Source: Gammaproteobacteria bacterium (GTDB taxonomy: Bacteria > Pseudomonadota > Gammaproteobacteria > UBA4575). Taken from it: a stretch of 64,000 nt of DNA. This document shows, piece by piece, positions 51,555 to 60,926 of this stretch. Position 1 is the stretch's first letter. The number at the start of each line of letters is the position of its first letter. The notes under the pieces were generated by a model. It saw nothing but the letters and a program-made list of their open reading frames with translations. It ran no database searches and had not been told where the DNA came from. The translations under genes and the position numbers were made by a program. The stretch is from NCBI GenBank assembly GCA_965222615.1, contig CBDCUI010000007.1, positions 64,001-128,000 on the forward strand, written 5' to 3'.

Positions 51555-53069
51555 ATGAACGATAAAGTTACAGAGCCTAAGTCAGTATTGAGTCTTTCGC
51601 ATGAAGAGGCGAAAGACTTTTTCCTAAAGCACGAAAGCTACTTCAATGCTGATTTGCCACCTTACTTCCGTTTTGACCAAATATTAAGCGAAGTCGCAAG
51701 TGAACTTGCCGAAAAACCTTTGAATGGGCTCATGGCAGATACCAAAGCTAAGGATTGCGATGGAGTAAACCATGTAATTATTTCCAATAAAGACGGAATG
51801 CTTTCATGGCGGCCTTTGGAGCTTATTCATCCAGTTCTATATGTAAACCTTGTGCGAGAAATGACGAGAGAGGATAAGTGGCAACAACTTAAAGATAGAT
51901 TTGCGCTGTTAAATGATAATGTTTTTATCAAGTGTCTTAGTATTCCTATTGTTGCCTCAAGTGATACTAAAGATCGTGCTGAGCAAGTTTCGCAATGGTG
52001 GCAGGAAGTAGAGCTTCAGTCTGTTGAATATTCCTTAGATTATGAGTATATGTTTGAGACGGATATTACAGATTGCTATGGCTCTATTTATACGCATTCG
52101 ATTGCGTGGGCAGTTGAAGGTAAAGAAAAGTTTAAGAAAAAAGAAAATCGTAACAACACTAGTTTATTAGGCGTGTTTATTGATAAGTCAATACAAGAAA
52201 TGCAGCATAGCCAGACCAATGGCATTCCTCAGGGCTCTGTTTTGATGGATTTTATTGCGGAGATATTGTTGGGCTATATTGATAATGAACTTTCCCAGAA
52301 GATAAACGAGCATGAGATCAGTAGCTATCGGATACTACGTTATAGAGATGATTATCGAATATTCGTTAATAATCCTGAAATGGGTGAGCGTATTCTAAAA
52401 TTATTATCTGAGGTTCTAACAGAATTAGGTCTGCGTTTAAACCCAAATAAAACAATATTCAGCGATGATGTTGTAAATGCGTCCGTCAAAGATGACAAAA
52501 AATCATGGTTAGCTAGTAAATCCTACCATAAAAACCTATTTAAGCATTGCTTGATTATTAAGAAGCACTCAGATCAATTTCCTAATTCAGGAAGCTTGGC
52601 AACAGCTTTGAGTAAATTCTATAAAAGGATTTTAAAACTTAAAGAACTAGATTTATCAGCTAAAGCAATTATCAGCACAGTGATTGATATTGCCTATAAA
52701 AATCCAAGAACATACCCAGTTAGTTTTGCGATTATAAGTAAATATATTTCACTAATGGATGATAAGGAAAAACTTCCATTAATTATGAAAATAAAAAAGA
52801 AGTTTACTAAGCTTCCTAATGTGGGTTATATGGAAGTTTGGTTTCAACGTTCAATTAAGGAAAAAATTAGTGAAGTTGAATTGAATGAGCCACTTTGCCG
52901 AGTTGTAAAAGGAGAGAAAGTAGTAATCTGGAATTCGGAATGGATTGGATCAAAAACACTTAAGAAAATTGTAGAATCAGTATCTGTAGTGGACAGTAAC
53001 AAATTGGCAGAGGCTGAGCCTGTGATTGATTCACTTGAGTTTGATTTATTTCCACAAGGTTCTGGGTAA
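51555..53069 (+). CDS. Reverse transcriptase of the UG/Abi (AbiK/Abi-P2/DRT-like) type with helical C-terminal domain
   Basis: DITDCYGSIYTHSIAWA, TNGIPQGS, RYRDDY, GLRLNPNKT; 504 aa; no maturase, Cas1 or retron VTG signature seen. Confidence 0.9.
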   Translation: MNDKVTEPKSVLSLSHEEAKDFFLKHESYFNADLPPYFRFDQILSEVASELAEKPLNGLMADTKAKDCDGVNHVIISNKDGMLSWRPLELIHPVLYVNLVREMTREDKWQQLKDRFALLNDNVFIKCLSIPIVASSDTKDRAEQVSQWWQEVELQSVEYSLDYEYMFETDITDCYGSIYTHSIAWAVEGKEKFKKKENRNNTSLLGVFIDKSIQEMQHSQTNGIPQGSVLMDFIAEILLGYIDNELSQKINEHEISSYRILRYRDDYRIFVNNPEMGERILKLLSEVLTELGLRLNPNKTIFSDDVVNASVKDDKKSWLASKSYHKNLFKHCLIIKKHSDQFPNSGSLATALSKFYKRILKLKELDLSAKAIISTVIDIAYKNPRTYPVSFAIISKYISLMDDKEKLPLIMKIKKKFTKLPNVGYMEVWFQRSIKEKISEVELNEPLCRVVKGEKVVIWNSEWIGSKTLKKIVESVSVVDSNKLAEAEPVIDSLEFDLFPQGSG

Positions 53070-53271
53070 ATTTCAATATTGTAACGGATAAGTTATTTCG
53101 TGATTACGGAAGACCTGCTCGAACTAGCTCACGATTAATTCATAAGCTCTAGTTGAATGACTGCACTCCTCCTTATTCCATATTTTAAGTTGAAGTGTTG
53201 CTTCCACCAATTGGGGTCGCCGCCGTAAGCAGACATCCTGTACGTGCAAGTTCAGAGTCTTTCTTAGACTT

Positions 53272-53519
53272 CCCATTATTTACTTGACGAGCAAGCAGAT
53301 AAGACTGCTGACAAATGAATATGGATATTCATTTGAGGCACGCAACGCATGGATGCGTTTCGGGCCGACAGCAAAGTCGTTCTGTGCAGCGAGTGAACCC
53401 TGTAAGGGCAAGTAAATTTGGGTGTCCTTTCTTTTGGTTCGTTTTCTTTGGACAAGCAAAGAAAATGAACAACCTAATTTGATGACTTTAAATTAATGCT
53501 CTGAACGTTCCCTTCTTGC
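53272..53519 (-). repeat. Structured ~250-nt intergenic element, right copy (inverted)
   Basis: Reverse complement aligns with 51108-51369; hairpin GTTCGTTTTCTTTG-GACAAG-CAAAGAAAATGAAC at 53437-53470. Confidence 0.85.
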
Positions 53520-53544
53520 CGAAGTAAAAAATGATTCGTTTACT

Positions 53545-53568
53545 GGATTGCTTCGCTATGCTCGCAAT
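53545..53568 (+). repeat. REP-like palindrome (left part), split by IS insertion
   Basis: GGATTGCTTCGCTATGCTCGCAAT continues as GAC after the IS; the reconstructed empty site is GATTGCTTCG...CTCGCAATGAC. Confidence 0.65.
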
Positions 53569-54649
53569 TGTATAGGTTACGTAAATCGTTGATGAAAATC
53601 ACTCATCCGATAATCTTAGATAAGTGTCTAAGCAACTCGGAACAGGAGGAGAAGCCATCATGCGAATCAACAGTCGAGATAGCACGTTAAAGAAGAACTA
53701 CATTCAGAAATATCAATATCTAATAGCTGAATACGAACAAGTTAAAGCCAAGCAGCACCCGCAGTATCGCCGGGTCAAAGACTTCTATGCGGCCCACGGT
53801 ACTTGTCCTCAAACGTTTTTAAAATACTACGCACGCTATCGTCAAAGTGGTAATGTGGTTTCTTTATTACCCGCCAAACGTGGGCCGAAATGGCGTACTC
53901 GACGCACTTGTCCGCAGATCGAAGCGCAAGTCCTCAAAGCGCGTGCGCAAGGCAATAATCGCTATGAGATTCATCTTATCTTACAAGCGAAATTAGGTCA
54001 GAATACGCCCTCGCCATCATGTATCTATCAGATCTTCAAACGTCATGGAGTGAACCGATTAAGGCCTGCTATGCAAGAAGAAAAACGCCGCATTATTCGA
54101 GAAAAGGCAGGCGAGCTCGCCCATATAGACTGTCATCACTTGAGTAAGGATATGATTGCCAATGAATCCAAGCGTCGCTATTTAGTGTGTGTGGTGGATG
54201 CCTACAGTCGTATTGCCTGGGCGCAAGTGGTCGAGGATATTCAAAGTCTAACGGTGATGTTTGCTACGCTGCGTTGTTTCAACTATTTATCGAGTCAATA
54301 TGGGATTCAGTTTGCAGAAGTCCTGACAGATAATGGACCGGAGTTCGGAGTCAAAGAGTCGAAACAAAAACCCAAACATGCCTTTGAGCGCATGTTACTA
54401 GAGATGGGCATCAAACATCGCTATACAAGACCTTATCGTCCACAAACCAATGGCAAAGTGGAACGCTTTTGGAGAACCTTGAACGAAGATTTGATTGATG
54501 GTACTTACTTTACCTCAGAAAAACACTTTGCAGATGAACTGAGTGCCTACTTAATTTATTACAATGAAGCGAGAGCCCATCAAGGTATTGATGGCAAAAC
54601 TCCCGCTTCCATGCTACAAAATCTATCAACGAATTAGATAACACATACA
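53569..54649 (+). mobile_element. IS481-family insertion sequence (1081 bp)
   Basis: TGT...ACA ends; 25-bp imperfect IRs (TGTATAGGTTACGTAAATCGTTGAT / TGTATGTGTTATCTAATTCGTTGAT, 20/25); 5-bp direct repeat GCAAT at 53564-53568 and 54650-54654. Confidence 0.92.
53660..54637 (+). CDS. IS481-family DDE transposase (rve integrase core)
   Basis: AGGAGG RBS before ATG 53660; HID, LTDNGPEF, PQTNGKVERF; stop lies inside right IR. Confidence 0.93.
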   Translation: MRINSRDSTLKKNYIQKYQYLIAEYEQVKAKQHPQYRRVKDFYAAHGTCPQTFLKYYARYRQSGNVVSLLPAKRGPKWRTRRTCPQIEAQVLKARAQGNNRYEIHLILQAKLGQNTPSPSCIYQIFKRHGVNRLRPAMQEEKRRIIREKAGELAHIDCHHLSKDMIANESKRRYLVCVVDAYSRIAWAQVVEDIQSLTVMFATLRCFNYLSSQYGIQFAEVLTDNGPEFGVKESKQKPKHAFERMLLEMGIKHRYTRPYRPQTNGKVERFWRTLNEDLIDGTYFTSEKHFADELSAYLIYYNEARAHQGIDGKTPASMLQNLSTN

Positions 54650-54707
54650 GCAATGACAAGTACGGTGGGTTACCAAGTATTGTATATAACGACAAGATAA
54701 ACGAAGT

Positions 54708-55949
54708 TTATCTTGCAAAAGCCGGTCTATCCTTATTCAACCCCATCGCATGCGTCATAAAAAACTTTTTAACCGGTTGAATTTTATCTGCTGCATTTAA
54801 TGCAACATTACGTGCAGTGACAACTGGTTTTGCGGTAGATCCAAATGCTGCCACAAATGCATCCATGGCTTTTTGCATAATTTGTGTCTCCCCTACCCGG
54901 GCACGTTCATATTTGCGCAACACTTTATAACTACCGATATCACGCTCCCTATTAATAGATGAGCGTGCCAATACATCTGCCAGCACTGCGGCATCGGTAA
55001 ACCCAAGATTGGCCCCTTGGCCGGCTAGTGGGTGTATGGCATGTGCAGCATCACCTACTAATGCGATACGTGGTTGCACCATGCAATCGGCATGACCCGA
55101 CACCAACGGAAAACCTGCACACTTGGAACGTAAAGTAATTTCACCCAGTTTGGATTCACTGGCTTGGGCTAAGGCATCTGCAAATTTATGCTCATTCAAC
55201 TTCATGAGTTCATCGGCATAATCATCACTTACCGACCACACAATGGAACACTCCCCATTGTTTAACGGTAATAACGCCAATGGACCGGTATTTAAAAATC
55301 GTTGCCATGCAGTATCTTCATGTGCACGTTCGGTTTGTACACGTGCGACTAGACCTAGCTGTTGATAACTTTTTTCGGTGTAGGAAATATCTGCAAGACT
55401 ACGAACCGTGGAACGATGCCCGTCTGCTCCTACGAGTAATTTAGCAATTATGACTTGATCGTTATCAAGTATGACTTCTACATTGTCCGCATGCGTTATC
55501 ACTTTGTTGATGGTTTTATTTAAGTACCATTTAATATTGGGTTGTTGTTGCAAAACCTCATGTAAACTAGACTGAATCACGATGTTCTCAACGATGTACC
55601 CAAGATTGGCTTGGTTTACGTCGATGGCATTGAAACTAATGTTTGCATTACCGGCTTCATCCCAAACATGCATATTTGTATAAGGCGTAATACGCTTTGA
55701 CGCCATAGCAGACCATGCATCGATATATTCAAAAATGGCTTTAGATCCAGGACTTACTGCAGTGACCCTTGCTTCCCACTCTTGTTGTGAATCAAATGTA
55801 TGTGGTTCTGCGCGATCGATAATAGCAAGTGTTTTGCCTTGTTTAGCTAACAGGTTCGCAAGCGTAAGACCTACCATGCCGGCTCCTACGATAACTACAT
55901 CAACAGTTAGGTGCTCAGAAGCCAAAAGAAGCACCTCTATATAAACCAA
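54708..55949 (-). CDS. ubiI: UbiI/VisC-type FAD-dependent ubiquinone biosynthesis hydroxylase
   Basis: GAGMVG, GADG, GDAAHAIHPLAGQGANLG; downstream of ubiH. Confidence 0.85.
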   Translation of the reverse strand: MVYIEVLLLASEHLTVDVVIVGAGMVGLTLANLLAKQGKTLAIIDRAEPHTFDSQQEWEARVTAVSPGSKAIFEYIDAWSAMASKRITPYTNMHVWDEAGNANISFNAIDVNQANLGYIVENIVIQSSLHEVLQQQPNIKWYLNKTINKVITHADNVEVILDNDQVIIAKLLVGADGHRSTVRSLADISYTEKSYQQLGLVARVQTERAHEDTAWQRFLNTGPLALLPLNNGECSIVWSVSDDYADELMKLNEHKFADALAQASESKLGEITLRSKCAGFPLVSGHADCMVQPRIALVGDAAHAIHPLAGQGANLGFTDAAVLADVLARSSINRERDIGSYKVLRKYERARVGETQIMQKAMDAFVAAFGSTAKPVVTARNVALNAADKIQPVKKFFMTHAMGLNKDRPAFAR

Positions 55950-55964
55950 TATATAAACATGTAC

Positions 55965-57179
55965 TCATGAATTGACTGCCTGGCCCCGCAACAAGCTTGC
56001 GCTTGAACCCAAAGTACCTAAATTTTGTTTAACGACACGTTCTTCCAATATCGGGATTGCACCAAGTAATGCCAAACCTAAACCGCGGGAACGCGACAAC
56101 AAGGGATAATCTGCATTGAAAATAAAATTAAGCCGGTCGGTGAACCGAACGGTCTTTTCAATATCCGGTTGGCGCTTGGTTTCATAGGCTTGTAATTTTT
56201 TCTCGATCGATTCAACGTCATTTTCATTTTTTATTAAAATTTCGCTCAGTTCTGCAATATCGCGCAAAGCCAAATTTAATCCCTGTCCGGCCACAGGATG
56301 TAAGGTTTGCGCGGCATTGCCAACTAATACAGCGCGACCCTGTACACGTTGCTCACTCACGGTGAGTGTAAGGGGATAGGCAAATCGTTTGGTTACATTT
56401 GAAAAATGTCCAAGGCGAAAACCAAATGCTTGCTGCAATTTATCCAAGAAAACCTGATCAGAGAGGTTTAAATATTTTTCGGCAGTAGCGTCTGGATTCA
56501 TCCAGATAAACCCGCAACGATTTCCTCTGCGAGGTAAAAGTGCTAATGGCCCATTTTCTGTAAAACGTTCATAAGCCGTATATTGATGATGATTTTCTGT
56601 GTCAACGCAACCAACAATGGCAGTTTGTTGATAAGATTTTTCCTTGAAAGGGATATTTAACTTATCGCGTATAAAAGAACGCGCCCCGTCTGCAGCAACT
56701 AATAATTTCGCAGTGATTGACTCGCCGTCACCATGAAATATGACTTGATCGCCCTGCGCTTTAACATCAGATACCTTATACGGCTGTAGGCGTTGAATAT
56801 TCTTTTGTTGTTGTAAGTGTTGTTGTAAGGCATTGCTTAGTTGTTCTGCAGGTACCAGATAACCAAAACACTCTACCTCATAGCGCGCGCTGTTCAGACG
56901 CGTAGCACCAAAGCGACCTTGATCAGAGATATGAATCTTTTTAATGGGAACAGCTTCTGCATCGAGTTGCTGCCACAAACCTAAGACGGAATACATTTTT
57001 TTCGAGGCTAAGGCTAAAGCAATGCTTCTACCGTCTTGATTAGTTGTTGCATGATTAATTTGCGGGAGTGGTTGGCTATCAACCAATGCAATTCGATACT
57101 TTGTTGCAGACAATGCACAGGCTAAGCTGCTGCCTACTAGACCGGCACCTACAATCGCAATATCAAACTGACCTTGCAT
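55965..57179 (-). CDS. ubiH: 2-octaprenyl-6-methoxyphenol hydroxylase
   Basis: GNAAQTLHPVAGQGLNL, AYERFT; follows pepP. Confidence 0.92.
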   Translation of the reverse strand: MQGQFDIAIVGAGLVGSSLACALSATKYRIALVDSQPLPQINHATTNQDGRSIALALASKKMYSVLGLWQQLDAEAVPIKKIHISDQGRFGATRLNSARYEVECFGYLVPAEQLSNALQQHLQQQKNIQRLQPYKVSDVKAQGDQVIFHGDGESITAKLLVAADGARSFIRDKLNIPFKEKSYQQTAIVGCVDTENHHQYTAYERFTENGPLALLPRRGNRCGFIWMNPDATAEKYLNLSDQVFLDKLQQAFGFRLGHFSNVTKRFAYPLTLTVSEQRVQGRAVLVGNAAQTLHPVAGQGLNLALRDIAELSEILIKNENDVESIEKKLQAYETKRQPDIEKTVRFTDRLNFIFNADYPLLSRSRGLGLALLGAIPILEERVVKQNLGTLGSSASLLRGQAVNS

Positions 57180-57193
57180 ATCACGAGAAAATG

Positions 57194-58504
57194 TTAATGC
57201 ACAGAAGCTGACATCCAGGCCTCAATGTCATCGGGTTCTCGAATAAGCTTTTCAGTCAGGACCTTGTTGCCATCTTTGGTGACCAGCACATCATCTTCGA
57301 TACGAATACCAATATTCCAAAATCGCTTTGGTACACCACGTGCTTTGGAGATGTATAAGCCTGGCTCTACCGTCAAGGTCATGCCTGGCTCAAGTAAGCG
57401 CCATTCCTCATCAAAACGATAATCTCCCACATCGTGTACATCCAGTCCTAACCAATGGCCGGTGCGATGCATATAAAACTGACGATATTCTTCATCTTTA
57501 ATAAGTTTGGCAGGCCTACCTTTTAATAGGCCCAGGCTCACTAAACCCTTGGTAAGTACCCTTACTGCTTCATTATGTGGATCATTCCAATGGTTGCCAG
57601 GTATTACTTTTTTAATCGCTGCAGTCTGGGCTTCAAGCACGAGTTCGTAGACTTCACGTTGCACTTTGCTATATCTACCATTCACCGGAAAGGTGCGCGT
57701 GATATCACTGGCGTAGCCTTGGTATTCTGCACCCGCATCAATCAATAACAAATCTCCGTCATTGAGCACTTGATTGTTTTCGATATAGTGCAAAATACAA
57801 CCGTTTTCACCGCCTCCCACAATACAAGGATAAGCCGTTACACAACCCACCTTTCTAAATTCGTAAATAAGCTCTGCTTCGATTTCATATTCATACATGC
57901 CTGGTTTACAGGTTTGCATGGCACGTAGATGACCTGCAATCGCAGCCTTTGAAGCCTTACGCATGAGCGCGAGTTCACTGCGTGATTTATACAAACGCAT
58001 ATCGTGCAAAAAGTAATCCAACGATAGCAATTCATGCGGGACATGTTTTGAAGTTCTAGATGAGCCCCTCGATTTGTTGACCCAATTGATTACTTTGCGA
58101 TCAAAATTTACATCGCGTCCCATTGGATAAAAAATGCGCTCGCGATCAGATAAAAACTTAGGTAATAATTCATCCAACTTACTAATCGAATATGCCTTAT
58201 CGACTAAAAAGTTTTCTTCCGCCCCTTTTTGTCCCGCTCTGCGACCGTCCCATACTTCCTGTTCAGGATTGCGGTCCCGACAAAACAATATGTATTGACC
58301 TTCTGCATGTCCTGGTAGCAATAGAGCTAAAGAATCTGGCTCATTAAATCCCGTAAGATATAAAAAATCACTGTCCTGACGAAAGATGTAATCGACATCC
58401 CGATTGCGAGAAATGGAACTCGCCGAAGGTATGATCGCAGCACCATCGCTACCTACCATGCGCATCAACGTCTTACGTCGCTTAAGCAGCTCTTTTTGGT
58501 TCAT
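57194..58504 (-). CDS. pepP: Xaa-Pro aminopeptidase
   Basis: FRQDSDFLYLTG, DAGAE..YASDITR, GHWLGLDVHD, EPGLY, IRIEDD. Confidence 0.96.
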   Translation of the reverse strand: MNQKELLKRRKTLMRMVGSDGAAIIPSASSISRNRDVDYIFRQDSDFLYLTGFNEPDSLALLLPGHAEGQYILFCRDRNPEQEVWDGRRAGQKGAEENFLVDKAYSISKLDELLPKFLSDRERIFYPMGRDVNFDRKVINWVNKSRGSSRTSKHVPHELLSLDYFLHDMRLYKSRSELALMRKASKAAIAGHLRAMQTCKPGMYEYEIEAELIYEFRKVGCVTAYPCIVGGGENGCILHYIENNQVLNDGDLLLIDAGAEYQGYASDITRTFPVNGRYSKVQREVYELVLEAQTAAIKKVIPGNHWNDPHNEAVRVLTKGLVSLGLLKGRPAKLIKDEEYRQFYMHRTGHWLGLDVHDVGDYRFDEEWRLLEPGMTLTVEPGLYISKARGVPKRFWNIGIRIEDDVLVTKDGNKVLTEKLIREPDDIEAWMSASVH

Positions 58505-58524
58505 TATTTGTTCAGGATAGCGGC

Positions 58525-59073
58525 CTATTGAATAGTGATTGGACTATTCATAGGTTGTAATTCTTCATTGATGAGTAGAATACCCATCCTTACATATTCC
58601 AGGATATCGTTGTAAGCGACTTCATTCATTTCATCCTCCTCATCCTCTTCGGATGCCTGTGAAATTGTCACAATATCTTGTAGGACTTCAAATGAATCTT
58701 CTGGAAGTTGAGACAGATCATTGACACCAGCAAGCGCTAATCCAAACAAAAAGCCTTCGCACCATTTCTTTAAAGCCACCACACGTCCACTTAAGCTATC
58801 GATGTCTTCAGGTATTAGCAATGAAAAGTCAAGTAAAGCGTCGTTAAGTTCTTGCTTAGTGTGTTCATACAATGCCTGTAATGTGTCACGTTCTTCCATG
58901 ACATTTGATTGGTTATGCGGTGTATGTGTACAAATTTCATCCAACCAGCGATTACACCGCAATGAATTATTCACAATTAACATTGCACACAACATGCCGT
59001 GACAATCTTCCGGAGAGTAAGGGGACTCTACCCTAGATAAAGCATCTTCGATTTGCTCGTATTTTGGTGTCAT
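58525..59073 (-). CDS. ygfB: UPF0149 family protein
   Basis: DCHGMLC, WCEGFLFG, EYVRM; canonical position before pepP. Confidence 0.9.
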   Translation of the reverse strand: MTPKYEQIEDALSRVESPYSPEDCHGMLCAMLIVNNSLRCNRWLDEICTHTPHNQSNVMEERDTLQALYEHTKQELNDALLDFSLLIPEDIDSLSGRVVALKKWCEGFLFGLALAGVNDLSQLPEDSFEVLQDIVTISQASEEDEEDEMNEVAYNDILEYVRMGILLINEELQPMNSPITIQ

Positions 59074-59220
59074 TTGAATTCGATTTTAACATTTACTGAA
59101 ACAATCACCCTATCTAGTTAGTGCAGTCATATGCATAGTACCCATAATTCTATTAGTGGTTTTAAACTTATTTTGTAGATTAGTATTGACGATACAGCTT
59201 CTACAGCCTACCATTTTGAA

Positions 59221-59454
59221 ATGGACAAGCCAGAATCAGGAAAACTCGATGAGCAGGTTTTAAAAGGATTAGAAATCCGTGTGGGGGAACTTATTAGAAC
59301 TTGCGAAGAGCTCAAAAAAGAAAACCGCCTTTTAAGATTACAACAAGACACATATACGACTGAGCGTGCAACTTTGATAGATAAAAATGAGCAAGCACGT
59401 AAACGAGTGGAAGCTATGATTACTCGACTTAAGTCTATGGAAGTTACTGTATGA
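59221..59454 (+). CDS. TIGR02449/ZapB-like coiled-coil protein
   Basis: LxxENxxLR...KNEQARKRVEAMITRLKSME; upstream of zapA. Confidence 0.88.
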   Translation: MDKPESGKLDEQVLKGLEIRVGELIRTCEELKKENRLLRLQQDTYTTERATLIDKNEQARKRVEAMITRLKSMEVTV

Positions 59455-59765
59455 CTTCGAATGAGCCTCCTGTAACCCTTAATATTTTAGACAAAGAATA
59501 CCGTGTGGCCTGCCCAGTAGGCGAAGAAGAATCATTGCAGGCTTCTGCACACTTATTGAATACTCGCATTCAAGAGATTCGAGATCGTGGTAAGGCCATC
59601 GGGGCCGATCGCATTGCTGTGATGGCTGCATTGAATTTAGCCAATGATTTTATTCATCAACAAAATGAGCACAATCGTACTAACAAATCTTTCTCTTCTC
59701 GCATTCGTACCCTGCAAAACCGTATAGACGACGCCTTAAAAGATTCCCAACAGCTAGAACTGTAG
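59451..59765 (+). CDS. zapA: Cell division protein ZapA
   Basis: ILDKEYRVACP, RIAVMAALN. Confidence 0.93.
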   Translation: MTSNEPPVTLNILDKEYRVACPVGEEESLQASAHLLNTRIQEIRDRGKAIGADRIAVMAALNLANDFIHQQNEHNRTNKSFSSRIRTLQNRIDDALKDSQQLEL

Positions 59766-59872
59766 GAAACTTCTAGTTTATACATACCTTGAATCTGAAA
59801 ATTTTTGCTCGTCGTCCACTTCCTCCAGAATAAATTATAGACCCCTTAAAAATCTGCTACAGTTTGGTAAGT

Positions 59873-60064
59873 CGGACACCTCTATGATACAGGTGAGCTA
59901 CCCGGTATATCCCTTGAGCCTATTTTTTTATACCGGGGGCAATACTATAGAAGTGTTGATGCGCATGTCCGAAAAATCGGAAAGCCTAATGCACTTCTTG
60001 GTGCTCCCACTTGAACCTTTGGTTCAAGGACAACGGTTGCCACGGTAATTATGGAGTGTGTCCG
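59873..60064 (+). ncRNA. ssrS: 6S RNA
   Basis: Directly after zapA; terminal pairing CGGACAC/GTGTCCG; CCTTGAGCC, GAAAGCC, CTTGAACC..GGTTCAAGG elements; ~190 nt. Confidence 0.85.
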
Positions 60065-60125
60065 CATTCCATAATTCAAAATCATAAAAATTTTAATCAA
60101 TTCAAACTATGGCGGGAGGATAATC

Positions 60126-60578
60126 ATGCAGTACTGGTTAATGAAATCAGAACCCAGTGAATACAGCATTGATGACTTAAAGCGTGACAAGATTGAACAC
60201 TGGGATGGTGTACGAAACTATCAAGCACGCAATATGATGCGTGATGATATGAAAAAAGGTGACTTAGCCTTTATGTACCATTCCAACTGTGACGAAATTG
60301 GAATCGTTGGCATTATGACTGTCGAGCGTGAGAGCTATGTCGATCACACTGCTTTTGATAAAAAAGACAAGCACTATGATCCAAAAAGCAACCCAGATAA
60401 TCCTCGCTGGTTTATGGTAGATGTACGCTATAAACGAAAACTTAAACGAACAATTACTCTCAAAGAGCTCAAACAATACAAAAAATTATTTGATTTGCAG
60501 CTGTTAAAGCGTGGAAATCGACTTTCTATAATGCCTGTTAGTAAAAAACATTGGGATTTCATTCTCAGTTTAGAATAA
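60126..60578 (+). CDS. EVE domain protein
   Basis: YWLMKSEP, WDGVRNYQARN, RLSIMPV. Confidence 0.94.
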   Translation: MQYWLMKSEPSEYSIDDLKRDKIEHWDGVRNYQARNMMRDDMKKGDLAFMYHSNCDEIGIVGIMTVERESYVDHTAFDKKDKHYDPKSNPDNPRWFMVDVRYKRKLKRTITLKELKQYKKLFDLQLLKRGNRLSIMPVSKKHWDFILSLE

Positions 60579-60926
60579 AAAAAATAAAATTTTTCAAATT
60601 TTTTTTTTCATTTAAAAACATAAAATGTATTTTAAACATTGCTGCTGTTTTACTTTTTTGCGCAATATTTTTATAAAATTAGGCTAAATTCACTAAAAAA
60701 ACAGCGAATTCTTGTTGTTATGTTAAATATTTAACTATAAAACAGGTTTTATACATCATCACTTTCCAATTTTTTTTATTTTATAAACGCAAATTTTTAA
60801 AAAAAATTTAAAAACATTCTCGATAGAAAGTTTAAAAAACATTACAAAAAAACTAGTATTTATTTAGTAAATGTATATACTCTGGCGCGTCTATAACTCA
60901 ACGTTTAATGTTTGGAGGGAGTATTG

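Noticed and set aside
53070-53271. Possible small minus-strand ORF or ncRNA downstream of the RT
   Set aside because: Only a ~33-codon frame (MSAYGGDPNWWKQHF...) without a suitably placed RBS; the AGGAGG present is not followed by a correctly spaced start; no convincing fold
49470-54660. Integron cassette array or prophage
   Set aside because: No integrase, no clear attC R''/R' boxes, genes in mixed orientation, no phage structural genes
60580-60900. Replication origin in the AT-rich tract
   Set aside because: No DnaA boxes (TTATCCACA) seen and no oriC-type gene context; better explained as a promoter region
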